Source: a virus. From it: a stretch of 53,859 nucleotides of DNA. This document shows positions 1-9,587 of this stretch, one piece after another; within the stretch, counting starts at the first letter, position 1; every line of letters starts with the position of its first letter. Location of the stretch: IMG/VR virus record IMGVR_UViG_3300036779_000164, positions 1 through 53,859 of that record; one strand, 5' to 3'. Below the pieces are notes generated by a model. That model did no database searches and was not told the origin of the DNA. It was given only the letters and a program-made list of their open reading frames with translations. A program made the translations under genes and the position numbers.

Positions 1-127
1 AATCTATGGTTTGTTGTACCTATTCCAACTCCTGCTCAATATTTCCGTGTTCGTGAAACAGGTGGTGCAACACTTAATGTTCAAGAACTTTTTTTTAATA
101 CTGTTATCCTTGATATTCCAATAACTC
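1..127. repeat. Terminal direct repeat, identical to 53733..53859 (assembly overlap or terminal redundancy)
   Basis: Compared base by base; all 127 nt match the last 127 nt of the window. Confidence 0.97.
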
Positions 128-510
128 GTATTTCTCGTGCTGAGTATATATTTCTTCCAAATAAAAATACATTGGGTAGACCTACAAGTTTTTATGTCGA
201 TCGATTAATTAATCCTATTGTTTATCTCTGGCCTACACCAACAGCACTTTATAACAATATGTTTTATACAAGAGTTCAATTGATTCAAGATATCGGTCAA
301 TTAACAAATAATCCTTATATTCCGCAAAGATTTTATGAAGCTTTTTGTGCAGGTGTTGCAGCAAAGCTGGCACTTAAGTACACACCTCAAAAATATGAAA
401 CCTTACAACAGCAAGCCGATAATACATTTAATATTGCTTCACACGAAGATACAGAACGAGTGCCACTTAGAATATATGGCGATTACACTCAAGGATGGAG
501 CAGATTATGA
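1..510 (+). CDS. C-terminal part of the junction-spanning gene (starts at ATG 53187): T7 gp11-like tail tubular/adaptor protein with a discoidin-like insertion
   Basis: The frame is open from base 1 (NLWFVVPIPTPAQYFRVRETGG...) to TGA 508-510. Bases 1-127 duplicate 53733-53859. The track ORF 172..510 (TTG start) is an internal fragment of this gene. Confidence 0.8.
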   Translation, partial: NLWFVVPIPTPAQYFRVRETGGATLNVQELFFNTVILDIPITRISRAEYIFLPNKNTLGRPTSFYVDRLINPIVYLWPTPTALYNNMFYTRVQLIQDIGQLTNNPYIPQRFYEAFCAGVAAKLALKYTPQKYETLQQQADNTFNIASHEDTERVPLRIYGDYTQGWSRL

Positions 511-923
511 GTTTTCGTCCAAAAGGTAAACACGTTCAAATTGATGTTAATTTTCCAGAAGGTCTTGGAATTTGTGATTATACAGGATTTGTCTTTAATC
601 ATAAAGATCTTGTTAAACAAATGGAATGGCGTGGAAATGGCTTAATTTGGACAGGATATATGGTTGGAAGACCTTACCTTGATGTACCGAATGAGCAATT
701 AAGACCACCTATTTTACCACCAGATCCTGTGCCACTCAGGTTACCAAGACCACAACAACCACAAACTATTTTTTGGAATATCAATCCATTTCCTAATTGG
801 AATCAATGTTCAACATATGAATTTATATGGGCTAATATTAGTGGATATGAAGATGGTATAGAAGCTAATTCTCCTGCTCAAAGATCTTCAGATTTATATA
901 ATTTTTATTGGGGATGGGCATGA
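507..923 (+). CDS. Tail-module protein of unknown function, Pro-rich middle region
   Basis: ATG 507 overlaps the upstream stop (ATGA) and has GGAG 6 nt upstream. Motif CDYTGF...EWRGNGLIWTG. Translationally coupled on both sides. Confidence 0.6.
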   Translation: MSFRPKGKHVQIDVNFPEGLGICDYTGFVFNHKDLVKQMEWRGNGLIWTGYMVGRPYLDVPNEQLRPPILPPDPVPLRLPRPQQPQTIFWNINPFPNWNQCSTYEFIWANISGYEDGIEANSPAQRSSDLYNFYWGWA

Positions 924-1303
924 CAAATCTAACAAATCAAACACAAGCTGCAACTTATCCAGATCTTATAACTACGACTAATAATGGTATGGGATTTACG
1001 AATGTTTTGGCGAATGTGCAAGATGGACTAGGAAATAATAGCCCCATGCAAATTGCAACAAATGCAATTAATTTTAATAGAGGGTTAGGTTCCTTTCAAC
1101 TTGATGGCACTGCAATCACCGCTACAGCAGCAAATATAAACTCAGTAACACAAACAAATCCTGTTTTCCCTGGAACATATGTTGTTATTCCTTCTCATAC
1201 AACTGCTGGGCGTCCTGGCGCTCCTGTTGCAGGTACGATGGGATTCAATACGACTACATCTATGATGGAATATTGGAATGGCGCCACTTGGATCAGTTTT
1301 TAA
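920..1303 (+). CDS. Small fibre-associated protein
   Basis: ATG 920 overlaps the upstream stop (ATGA); alternative starts at 908 and 914. The C-terminal motif GRPGAPVAGTMGFNTTTSMMEYWNGATW recurs in the neighbouring fibre proteins. Confidence 0.6.
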   Translation: MTNLTNQTQAATYPDLITTTNNGMGFTNVLANVQDGLGNNSPMQIATNAINFNRGLGSFQLDGTAITATAANINSVTQTNPVFPGTYVVIPSHTTAGRPGAPVAGTMGFNTTTSMMEYWNGATWISF

Positions 1304-1312
1304 GGAGTTAAC

Positions 1313-2470
1313 ATGGCAATTAATATAATTTCACCTGCAACTTTTACCACCAGTATTTTAATAGGTGATCCAGCTTTTACAAATAATGCTGGTCACGATT
1401 CAATACCTTTACTTACAAGAAGAAATGGTTCACCCGTTTCTGCTGCTATTGAAATTCAATCAACAGATAGTGCGTTATTAGTATCTCGTATGACCACTAC
1501 ACAAATGAATGCCATTCCTAATCCTACAAATGGAATGCTCATTTATAATACAACTGCTAATCAACTTTTCTCTTATACAGCAGGAATATGGGTTGGTGTA
1601 GCAGGAGGGGGTACAGGAACAGTTACAGGACCAGGAGTTTCTGTTGCTGGAGATATTGCTATCTTTGCTGATACGACTGGAAAAGTTATAGCAGATAGTG
1701 GTGTAGATATTATTCGAGTTCCAGTATTACAAAGTTTATTAAAACATAATTTATTAGATAAAAATAGTCCTATATTAGAAGTAACATTAGCAACTGGTAA
1801 TGAAATAGGTAATCTTAGTCATATTCGATTTATAAATGATGCTGGTCTAATTTTTGTTGATACTTTAATGCCGGTTGAATTTATTACAAATGATTTCGGA
1901 CCAAGCTCTCAAGTATGTTCCTTATTTACAGGAGATTTACCATCATCATCTACGACTCCTAGTGCTTTAGTTGAACTCCAATCAACAACTGGTGCTTTAC
2001 TCTTATCTAGAATGAATACAGCCCAGCAAAATGCATTACTAGTACCATCTGGATCTGCTGGTATGATTCTCTTTAATACAGATACAGATACTCTTAATTT
2101 TTATAATGGAACAAGTTGGATAGCAAGTGCTACAGGAACAGGAACAACATGGGTTGATGCATTTGTTACACCTGCCGTGATGGCGGCAAATACAAGTTAT
2201 GTTGCCGATAGTGCATCTCTTCTTACTTTTACACTCCCCACAACTTGTCCTTTTGGAACCATGTTTAATGTGACTGGAAAAGGTACTGGTGGATGGAAAA
2301 TCGCGCAAAATGCAGGCCAGCAAATCAATTTAGGAAATACGGCCACAACTTCTGGTGCAACAGGGTTTCTGGCCAGTACCAATACATTTGATAGCGTAAC
2401 ATTAGTATGTGTAGCAGCCAATACAGAATTTGTCGTTTATTCTTGTATTGGAAATATAACGATCAATTAG
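1313..2470 (+). CDS. Tail fibre-like protein
   Basis: GGAG upstream. Two copies of the SRMTT.Q.NA...G(M)L.YNT....L..Y..G.W motif. Gly/Thr-rich. The C-terminal ~105 aa are homologous to the C-terminus of 2481..3269. Confidence 0.7.
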   Translation: MAINIISPATFTTSILIGDPAFTNNAGHDSIPLLTRRNGSPVSAAIEIQSTDSALLVSRMTTTQMNAIPNPTNGMLIYNTTANQLFSYTAGIWVGVAGGGTGTVTGPGVSVAGDIAIFADTTGKVIADSGVDIIRVPVLQSLLKHNLLDKNSPILEVTLATGNEIGNLSHIRFINDAGLIFVDTLMPVEFITNDFGPSSQVCSLFTGDLPSSSTTPSALVELQSTTGALLLSRMNTAQQNALLVPSGSAGMILFNTDTDTLNFYNGTSWIASATGTGTTWVDAFVTPAVMAANTSYVADSASLLTFTLPTTCPFGTMFNVTGKGTGGWKIAQNAGQQINLGNTATTSGATGFLASTNTFDSVTLVCVAANTEFVVYSCIGNITIN

Positions 2471-2480
2471 GAGATTAAGG

Positions 2481-3269
2481 ATGGCTTCAAATAATGCGAT
2501 AAATGCCGGTACCTTTCCTGCATTACTTTTATCTAAAGGTGGAACTAATGCAAACTTAACAGCATCGAATGGTGGTATTTTTTACTCGACAGCTTCAGCA
2601 GGAGCTATTCTTGGAGGAACAGCAACTGCAAATCAAGCATTATTATCGGGATCTTCAACAACACCAGTTTGGTCAACAGCGACATATCCAGCTACAACAA
2701 CAATCAACCAGATTCTTTATTCATCTGCTGCTAATGTTATAACCGGTATAACGACAGCGAACAGTGCAACTTTATATACCACGACAACAGGTGTTCCTAC
2801 TATGACAGCAGCTATGACAAATGGTCAGCTGTTAATAGGATCAACAGGAGCCAATCCTGTTCTTGGAACATTGACTCAAGGGGCAAATATTACGATTACG
2901 AATGGTGCTGGATCAATTACGATTGCATCTTCAGCTATAGGTTTAACATATGTTAACCAGAATACCAGTTCAGTAACTTTAGCGCCTGATACAGCATATT
3001 ACATTAACAATGGCGCTAGTCTTGTTACAGCAACATTACCTGCTACAGCAGCTCAATTTGATACTTATATTATAATTGGGGGTTCATCAGGCGGATGGCA
3101 AATAAATGTAGGTTCAGGTCAAACAATTAATCTCAATTCATCTGCAACAACTACAAGTACAGGACATTTAGCATCAACATATCGATATAATTGTATTTAT
3201 GTAACTTGCATTATCGCTAATACAACCTTTGTTGCATTCAATGCTACAGGTGTAATTACAGTAGTTTAA
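2481..3269 (+). CDS. Tail fibre-like protein (shared N-module, alternative C-terminal domain)
   Basis: AGGAG upstream. Residues 20-131 are near-identical to residues 35-146 of 3292..5352. C-terminal domain (TLPATAAQFD...GGWQI...) is paralogous to that of 1313..2470. Confidence 0.7.
   Translation: MASNNAINAGTFPALLLSKGGTNANLTASNGGIFYSTASAGAILGGTATANQALLSGSSTTPVWSTATYPATTTINQILYSSAANVITGITTANSATLYTTTTGVPTMTAAMTNGQLLIGSTGANPVLGTLTQGANITITNGAGSITIASSAIGLTYVNQNTSSVTLAPDTAYYINNGASLVTATLPATAAQFDTYIIIGGSSGGWQINVGSGQTINLNSSATTTSTGHLASTYRYNCIYVTCIIANTTFVAFNATGVITVV
2538..2873 (+). repeat. Copy A of a ~336-bp fibre N-terminal module
   Basis: Encodes GGTNANLTASNGGIFYST..AGAIL.GTATA.Q..LSGSSTTP.WSTATYPATTTINQILYSSAAN.ITGITTANSATLYTTTTGVPT.TAAMTNGQLLIGSTGANPVLGTL, repeated at 3394..3729. 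Confidence 0.9.
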
Positions 3270-3291
3270 ATATTTAAAATGGAGATTTAAA

Positions 3292-5352
3292 ATGGCAACA
3301 CAATCTGCGGTAGACATAGGTTCAACAGCGGTTACAACCGTAGGTACCCTAACAACTGGTACATGGACTGCAACACCTGTTGCGCTGGCGTATGGTGGAA
3401 CCAATGCTAATTTAACAGCATCAAATGGCGGTATATTTTATTCAACAGGTTCTGCCGGTGCCATTCTCGCAGGAACGGCGACTGCACACCAAATTATATT
3501 ATCAGGTTCTTCTACCACTCCTGCTTGGTCTACAGCTACTTATCCGGCCACAACGACCATTAACCAAATTTTGTATTCTTCTGCAGCAAACACAATTACA
3601 GGCATAACGACAGCTAATAGCGCCACTCTTTATACTACCACAACTGGTGTACCGACATTTACAGCTGCTATGACAAACGGTCAGCTATTAATTGGATCAA
3701 CAGGCGCTAATCCTGTTCTTGGAACATTAAGTGCCGGAACAGGAATTTCTATTGCCAATACTGCTGGTACAATAACAATAACTAATTCAGCATCAGGACT
3801 GCCTACAATTACCACAAACTATCAAGTTTTAAATACAACTACTGGGACTGCTGCATGGTATAGCCATTATTATGATTCTGGTTCTTCTGCATTTAATTTA
3901 TTTGTTGGTAGTGGAAGCGGTAATGTCACTTTATCTGGATCAGCAGATTATGGATATGGAAATGGTGCGTTAAATAGCATCACTTCAGGATCAAATAATT
4001 GTGCTTATGGACAAAACAGTCTTTTTCATGAAACTACCGGAGGAACCAATTGCGCATTTGGAAACGGAGCCCTTGCTGCTCAGGTTGGTGTAAATGGTAA
4101 TAATGCATTTGGGTATCTCGCTGGTAATGCACTTAGTAGTGGGCAACAAAATAATACTTTTGGATTATCATCTCTTACAACTGAAACTACCGGAAATTTC
4201 AATAATGCTTTTGGCTCTAATGCTTTGACTACTCAAAATGGTGCTACTTCAAATAGCGCTTTTGGACATTCATCTGGCTCTGCACTTACTACAGGAGGAA
4301 ATAATAGTATTTTTGGGCATGTTGCTCTTTCTCATGAGACAACAGGTACATCAAATTGTGCATTTGGATATCAATCTCTTCTTGCTCAAGTTGGTGTAAC
4401 TGGAAATAGTGCATTTGGTTTTCAATCAGGTAAAGCTATTACATCTGGTACAGATAATTGTACTTTTGGATATAATAGTCTTTCTACAGAAACGACCGGA
4501 ACTGATAATTCTGTATTTGGTTATACAGCTGGCGCTACTCAAAATGGCGCAACAAACAATAGTATTTTTGGATCAAAAGCCGGAAATGCTATCACAACTG
4601 GCAGCAATAACTGTATGTTTGGTTATCAAGCGGGGTTATTATTTAATACAGGTTCATCAAATTGTGCTTTCGGGTATCAATCATTTTCAGCAGCATCTTC
4701 TTCAAGTGCTGGCAATACCTGTATTGGTTTTTCAACTGGATCAACTCGACTTTCATATACAAATTGTACCTTTTTAGGGAACGGCGCTGATTGCGGCGCA
4801 AATACTTTAAGTAATGCAACTGCAATAGGATATAATGCATCAGTTAATGTAAGTAATGCTCTTGTTTTAGGTCAGACTGGTACGGCAACAAACGTTGGCA
4901 TTGGTACTAATTCTCCAGTTAATATTTTGCATATCGTTGGTACATATCAACAAAAAGGAATAACATCAGGATATACTGGTACAGATAAAATTGAAGGTCA
5001 AGTCAGCGTTCAAACAACAAATGCTTCCGCTACAACTGTTTTAACTGTCCCCGTTGGAACGACAAATGATCCTTGTGTAGTTTGTCAAGTTTGGATTAAT
5101 TGTGTGTTATCAACTGGTGCTAGTGCTGCATATGCTTCATCAGTAGCATCAGCTTGGTATAATGGAACAACAACAGCAACTGTTGGTACAGCTCCTACAG
5201 TTACATTTACTACTACAGGAGCATTTGTTGTTGCAGCTACTTGGTCAGCATCAGGAAATAATCTTATTCTACAAGTGACAGGAATTATAGGAGATACCAT
5301 TAACTGGGTTGTTTCATATCAATATCATAAAGTTACAACTTCAACTGCATAG
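3292..5352 (+). CDS. Large tail fibre/adhesin-like protein with a 17-residue solenoid repeat array
   Basis: 686 aa. Shared N-module, then 14 consecutive 17-aa repeats ending N-x-x-(F/Y)-G. These are followed by ATAIGYNASVNVSNALVLG and NVGIGTNSPVNILHIVG motifs, reminiscent of YadA-head/fibre proteins. Confidence 0.75.
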   Translation: MATQSAVDIGSTAVTTVGTLTTGTWTATPVALAYGGTNANLTASNGGIFYSTGSAGAILAGTATAHQIILSGSSTTPAWSTATYPATTTINQILYSSAANTITGITTANSATLYTTTTGVPTFTAAMTNGQLLIGSTGANPVLGTLSAGTGISIANTAGTITITNSASGLPTITTNYQVLNTTTGTAAWYSHYYDSGSSAFNLFVGSGSGNVTLSGSADYGYGNGALNSITSGSNNCAYGQNSLFHETTGGTNCAFGNGALAAQVGVNGNNAFGYLAGNALSSGQQNNTFGLSSLTTETTGNFNNAFGSNALTTQNGATSNSAFGHSSGSALTTGGNNSIFGHVALSHETTGTSNCAFGYQSLLAQVGVTGNSAFGFQSGKAITSGTDNCTFGYNSLSTETTGTDNSVFGYTAGATQNGATNNSIFGSKAGNAITTGSNNCMFGYQAGLLFNTGSSNCAFGYQSFSAASSSSAGNTCIGFSTGSTRLSYTNCTFLGNGADCGANTLSNATAIGYNASVNVSNALVLGQTGTATNVGIGTNSPVNILHIVGTYQQKGITSGYTGTDKIEGQVSVQTTNASATTVLTVPVGTTNDPCVVCQVWINCVLSTGASAAYASSVASAWYNGTTTATVGTAPTVTFTTTGAFVVAATWSASGNNLILQVTGIIGDTINWVVSYQYHKVTTSTA
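3394..3729 (+). repeat. Copy B of the ~336-bp fibre N-terminal module
   Basis: Same peptide module as 2538..2873 with only a few substitutions. Confidence 0.9.
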
Positions 5353-5360
5353 GAGAAAGA

Positions 5361-5522
5361 ATGCCACTCATTAAAGGTAAAAAAGCATGTTCGAAAAAAG
5401 GAATATCGCAAAATATAAGTACGGAAGTTCATGCGGGAAAGCCACAAAAACAAGCTGTGGCAATCTCTTTTTCAAACTGTAGGCAGCAAAAGAAAAAGAA
5501 AAAAGCCAAAAGAGGTAAATAG
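5361..5522 (+). CDS. Small Lys-rich basic protein (53 aa), below the ORF-track size cutoff
   Basis: AGGAG at 5351-5355, ATG 5361, TAG 5520-5522. Peptide MPLIKGKKACSKKGISQNISTEVHAGKPQKQAVAISFSNCRQQKKKKKAKRGK. The GKPQKQAVAI motif resembles a widespread small basic protein family. It fills an otherwise empty gap. Confidence 0.6.
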   Translation: MPLIKGKKACSKKGISQNISTEVHAGKPQKQAVAISFSNCRQQKKKKKAKRGK

Positions 5523-5525
5523 TCC

Positions 5526-6161
5526 ATGCCTGCTATGACATATAATTCATTGGTAACACAAGTTCTAGATTATCTGGATCGTACAGATACAGATACGACA
5601 AATGAAGTGCCCAATTTTATATATCAAGCTCAGCAAAGAATATGTCGTGAATCAAAAAATATTGGTCTTGAACAATATGTAACAAGTTTTTTTATTCCAG
5701 GTACTCCAACTTATGCGAAACCAGCTCGTTGGCGCCGTACTTTATCATTTAAATTTGGATCAGGAGCAGGATTTAATACAGTTAATCAAATATATTTAAG
5801 ATCTTATGATTATATAAGAAATTATTGGAATAATCCAACAACTCAATCACCTCCTGTTTATTATTCAGATTATGGATATGATCATCTTTTTGTGGGACCA
5901 ACACCAGATCAAGCTTATCCTTTCGAATTTGCCTATTTAGAACTTCCTATTCCCTTAAGTGTCAATGTTCAAACCAATTGGCTCACAAATAATGTTCCAG
6001 ATGTACTCTTATATGCCACACTTTTAGAAGCCGTTGGCTTTCTTAAAAATGATGAAAGAGTTCCAGTTTGGACTTCTTATTATGATCGTGGTCTGCAAAG
6101 TCTTAATAATCAAGATAATCAAAGAGCCTTAGATCGCACAAGTAATAGAGATGCAGATTAG
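5526..6161 (+). CDS. Virion structural protein, possibly head-tail adaptor-like
   Basis: The N-terminal pattern LVTQVLDYLDRTD....VPNFIYQAQQRICRE resembles connector/adaptor N-termini. Located in the tail module. Confidence 0.45.
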   Translation: MPAMTYNSLVTQVLDYLDRTDTDTTNEVPNFIYQAQQRICRESKNIGLEQYVTSFFIPGTPTYAKPARWRRTLSFKFGSGAGFNTVNQIYLRSYDYIRNYWNNPTTQSPPVYYSDYGYDHLFVGPTPDQAYPFEFAYLELPIPLSVNVQTNWLTNNVPDVLLYATLLEAVGFLKNDERVPVWTSYYDRGLQSLNNQDNQRALDRTSNRDAD

Positions 6162-6169
6162 GGAGCAAT

Positions 6170-7696
6170 ATGCCAGCTGGAAAAATATACCCTATCGTTT
6201 CACAAGCTGGCATAAAAAGAGATGGCACTCCTTTTGCTAGTAGATTTTATACGAGTGGGCAATGGTGTCGATTCCAACGTGGCCTTGCACGTAAAATGGG
6301 AGGATATCAACAAATAGTAGGTGGATTGCCTAATATTCCAAGAGGAATTTTTGTATATCCAGCTCAAAATGCATCAAACTTCTTTATCAACATAGGAGAT
6401 TTCACTTCTCTTAATTATCAATTAATGGATCAATTTGGAAATGCAGCTGGGGGCTTAGTTAATAGAACTCCTGTTGGATTTGTTCCAGATGCCAATAATT
6501 TATGGCAATTCGATCAAATGTATAATATTGGAACAAATTCGAATGTTATCATTGCGCATGCAGCACCTAATTTAAGTTTTATCGGAAATAATGAAGCAAC
6601 ACCTATTTATTATGGGGATGCCTATGCTAATACACCTTTAATTCCAACAGGACAATCGGCCTCAGGTGGTGTTGCAGTCTTTCCACCTTATTTATTTTCT
6701 TTTGGTAATTCAGGACTTGTCCAAATATCAAATATAAATGATCCAACGACTATTTCTAATTCAGCTTTTGTTGCATCTCAAAAAATTGTAGCAGGAATGC
6801 CAACAAGAGGAGGTAATTCATCTCCCGCTGGTTTATTGTGGAGCTTAGATAGTGTTATAAGAGTAACAGCAGCAAACACAAATACTGGTTTACAATTTAA
6901 ATTTGATACAATTACGAATCAGAGCTCAATTTTATCAAGCAGATCAATTGTAGAATATGATGGATTATATTTCTGGGCAGGTATAGATAGATTCCTTGTT
7001 TATAACGGAATTGTTCAAGAAGTTCCAAATCAAATGAATCTTAATTATTTCTTCTATAATAATGGAACTACTGGATTAAATTATGCTCAACGCCAAAAAG
7101 TCTGGGCAATGAAAGTTCCACAATATGGGGAAATTTGGTGGTTTTATCCCAGTGGTGTAAATACAGAATGTAATAGAGCTATAATTTATAATAAAAGAGA
7201 AAATAGCTGGTATGATACGAATATTACTCGTGGATCAGGCTATTTTGAACAAGTATTTTCAGATCCAGTTTGGGCAGATAGTGTTGCTACAGGTGGAACT
7301 TATAGTATTTGGCAACATGAATCTGGAGTCGATCAAAATATAGGCGGAAATCTAACAGCGATTGATTCCTTTATTCAAACCTCATTTGCATCTTGGCCTG
7401 CAATTGATCCAGGTGGAGGATGGACAGGTACTGATCGTTGGCTTGATATATACAGATTTGAGCCAGATATGTTACAGAATGGTAATATGAACTTAACAAT
7501 TAATACGGTAGATTATGCAAGAGCAACGCCTGCGACTTATGGTCCTTTTACTTTTACTCCAACAGCAACAAAAGTTGATTTACGTGTACAAGGAAGACAA
7601 ATGAATTTGTTGTTTGATAGTAATACAGTTGGTGGTTTTTACGAAATTAACCAGACCTTATTATATTTCAGAACTGGAGATGCAAGGACAAGCTAA
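6170..7696 (+). CDS. Large tail structural protein (candidate nozzle / tail tubular B-like)
   Basis: 508 aa. N-terminal motif GIKRDGTPFASRFYTSGQWCRFQRGLARKMGGYQ. Position is between fibre genes and ejection-like proteins. The functional label is an inference. Confidence 0.45.
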   Translation: MPAGKIYPIVSQAGIKRDGTPFASRFYTSGQWCRFQRGLARKMGGYQQIVGGLPNIPRGIFVYPAQNASNFFINIGDFTSLNYQLMDQFGNAAGGLVNRTPVGFVPDANNLWQFDQMYNIGTNSNVIIAHAAPNLSFIGNNEATPIYYGDAYANTPLIPTGQSASGGVAVFPPYLFSFGNSGLVQISNINDPTTISNSAFVASQKIVAGMPTRGGNSSPAGLLWSLDSVIRVTAANTNTGLQFKFDTITNQSSILSSRSIVEYDGLYFWAGIDRFLVYNGIVQEVPNQMNLNYFFYNNGTTGLNYAQRQKVWAMKVPQYGEIWWFYPSGVNTECNRAIIYNKRENSWYDTNITRGSGYFEQVFSDPVWADSVATGGTYSIWQHESGVDQNIGGNLTAIDSFIQTSFASWPAIDPGGGWTGTDRWLDIYRFEPDMLQNGNMNLTINTVDYARATPATYGPFTFTPTATKVDLRVQGRQMNLLFDSNTVGGFYEINQTLLYFRTGDARTS

Positions 7697-7953
7697 TGAT
7701 ACTACCGATTGGAATTAATTTAAGAAATTGGGCTAACTCATTATTCGTTGATTTTCCTAATGATGATATTCCTATTTTAACTCAAGAAGCAAATTGGAAA
7801 GAATGGGGAAATCGACTCGTTCAAGGTGAATCCTTTTTTCGCAATAATGCACCTTCGACTGATATATATGGTGATTGGCAACCTTGGGCTAATCATGTAT
7901 TCTATGTTATGAATAATTCTAATGCTGATGGAAATGGAGAAACTAATGTTTAA
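7696..7953 (+). CDS. Small virion-module protein
   Basis: ATG overlaps the upstream stop (TAATG). 85 aa, Trp-rich. Confidence 0.5.
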   Translation: MILPIGINLRNWANSLFVDFPNDDIPILTQEANWKEWGNRLVQGESFFRNNAPSTDIYGDWQPWANHVFYVMNNSNADGNGETNV

Positions 7954-9577
7954 TCAAATGCCTATGTATTACGGTACGAGCCAAAATAATAGGATGCCAT
8001 CTTATTATGGTAATACAGGAGATACTCCAAATCAGATGCCTTATGCGTATGGAATGACGAATGAAAATCCATTACCCATGCAACCTTCTCCTATAAGCTC
8101 CTTACCTCCATTATTTCCGAGCATGCTGACGCCTCAATTAAATCCTCAAGCTCCATTTACATCTCAAAATCTGATGCAAGCACGCTATGCAGAAGGAGGA
8201 AGTGTTAGACCTCAAAATTTAAGTCAAATGGCTGAGTTAATAAGAGAAGAAGGTGATGAAGATGATTCAATCTTAGCTCATATTAATCCTGAAGAAGCTC
8301 ATGAACTCGCTCACAGTCATGGCATGGATGTTAATCCTCTAACTGGCTTACCTCAGTTCGGAAGATTTAGAAGAAAACTCAGACATTTTACTAAAAAACT
8401 CATCCATAAAGCAGTTCCAGTTGTAGGAGCTGTTTTAGGAAATACACTTTTGCCCGGTCTTGGAGCGCCAATTGGTGGAGCTCTTGCTAATGTTGTTAGG
8501 GCAAAAGTAGAACACAAAGACCCATTTAAAGCTGCTATGCGTGGAATGGGAGTTGGAGCTGGTTTAAGTTATGGTTTGCCTTTATTAGGTCAGGGGCTTT
8601 CATCATTAGGCGCAACAAATCTAGGAGCTGGATTATCTGCAATTGGAGCTGGACAATATGGACAAGGTTTAGGTGCTTTTCAACAAGCTATGGGTCCTAG
8701 TGCAGGGGCTATGCAAGGTGCACCAGGTGCTGCTGCAATGAAAGCTTTATCTCCTGCAGAAAGATTTCTTCAACAAGCCGCAAGACAAACAGCTGGAATG
8801 GGAGCTCGCTCATTATATCCTACTGGAGGTCTACCATCTAAAGAATCAGCCTTTGGTGATATACTTGGTAAAGGAGGGTTAAGCAACTTACTTCTACCTG
8901 CTGCGCTTCTTGGTACAGCTTTTAGAAAAGAGAAAATGAAACCTGCCTATGAACAACCATCTTTTGAAAATGTTCAGCAAATGATTGGACCGCAAGCATT
9001 GAGAAAGATGTATGGTCCAGAAGATATGCCAAATAGATTTTCTCCATTTACCAGAAAGAGACTTGAAGCTCCAGAATTAGAAGAAGAAATGGCAGGATTA
9101 AAACCTTATTCTTATTCTCCTTACTTTGAAGGATATTCAACAGGAGGACAAGTTGCTAGAGGTGGATTTATAACAGGCCATGACGGAGGCCAAGATGATA
9201 ATGTACATAGAGATCTTCCTGAAAATTCATTTATTATAAATGCAACTGCTGTTTCACATTTAGGAGATGGCAACAGTTTAGCTGGAGCCAAAAAGCTTGA
9301 TCATTTTTTCCATCATTTAAAACATCAACATGGATTAAGTGGATATCATATGCATGGAGGTGGAACAGCGCATAGAAAAATTGATGCGATGGTATCGGAT
9401 GGTGAATATGAAGTATCTCCAGAGCATGTTGCTTCATTGGGAAAGGGTGATCTGCATAAAGGTGTTAAAATGCTCAATAATTTACAAAAGAACGTTTTAT
9501 CTCATAAAGCTACAAAAAAATTACCTCCCAAAGCAAAAAGTTTATTTGTATATATGCAAAAAAGATCAGGAAGATAG
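7946..9577 (+). CDS. Internal virion/ejection-like protein
   Basis: GGAG 8 nt upstream of ATG 7946 (track start 7922). Gly-rich hydrophobic segments (VPVVGAVLGNTLLPGLGAPIGGALANVV). Motifs ILAHINPEEAHEL...NPLTGLPQF and DAMVSDGEYEVSPEHV are typical of podovirus internal proteins. Confidence 0.6.
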   Translation: MFNQMPMYYGTSQNNRMPSYYGNTGDTPNQMPYAYGMTNENPLPMQPSPISSLPPLFPSMLTPQLNPQAPFTSQNLMQARYAEGGSVRPQNLSQMAELIREEGDEDDSILAHINPEEAHELAHSHGMDVNPLTGLPQFGRFRRKLRHFTKKLIHKAVPVVGAVLGNTLLPGLGAPIGGALANVVRAKVEHKDPFKAAMRGMGVGAGLSYGLPLLGQGLSSLGATNLGAGLSAIGAGQYGQGLGAFQQAMGPSAGAMQGAPGAAAMKALSPAERFLQQAARQTAGMGARSLYPTGGLPSKESAFGDILGKGGLSNLLLPAALLGTAFRKEKMKPAYEQPSFENVQQMIGPQALRKMYGPEDMPNRFSPFTRKRLEAPELEEEMAGLKPYSYSPYFEGYSTGGQVARGGFITGHDGGQDDNVHRDLPENSFIINATAVSHLGDGNSLAGAKKLDHFFHHLKHQHGLSGYHMHGGGTAHRKIDAMVSDGEYEVSPEHVASLGKGDLHKGVKMLNNLQKNVLSHKATKKLPPKAKSLFVYMQKRSGR

Positions 9578-9587
9578 AGGATAAATT

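Noticed and set aside
89-96. T8 homopolymer inside the gp11-like gene (also at 53821-53828) as a phase-variation or slippage site
   Set aside because: The reading frame is intact through it in both copies, and nothing else suggests slippage. It is only a possible hotspot for sequencing errors.
1-127. The 127-bp end repeat as a biological direct terminal repeat
   Set aside because: The length equals a commonly used maximum assembler k-mer, and a gene is only intact when the ends are merged. An assembly overlap of a circular or permuted genome is the simpler reading. Read-level data could overturn this.
172-510. Track ORF starting at TTG 172, treated as a stand-alone 112-aa gene
   Set aside because: The frame is open back to base 1 and continues from 53187 across the circular junction. 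This ORF is the C-terminal part of the 351-aa gp11-like gene.
2039-5300. Antisense or out-of-frame ORFs inside the fibre genes (2039..2323, 2197..2421, 3174..3404, 3425..3607, 4409..4777, 4643..4840, 5085..5300)
   Set aside because: They lie wholly inside long, motif-rich fibre ORFs, have no RBS, and their products are Cys/Leu/His-rich low-complexity sequence. Such ORFs are typical by-products of Gly/Thr/Ala/Asn-rich coding sequence.
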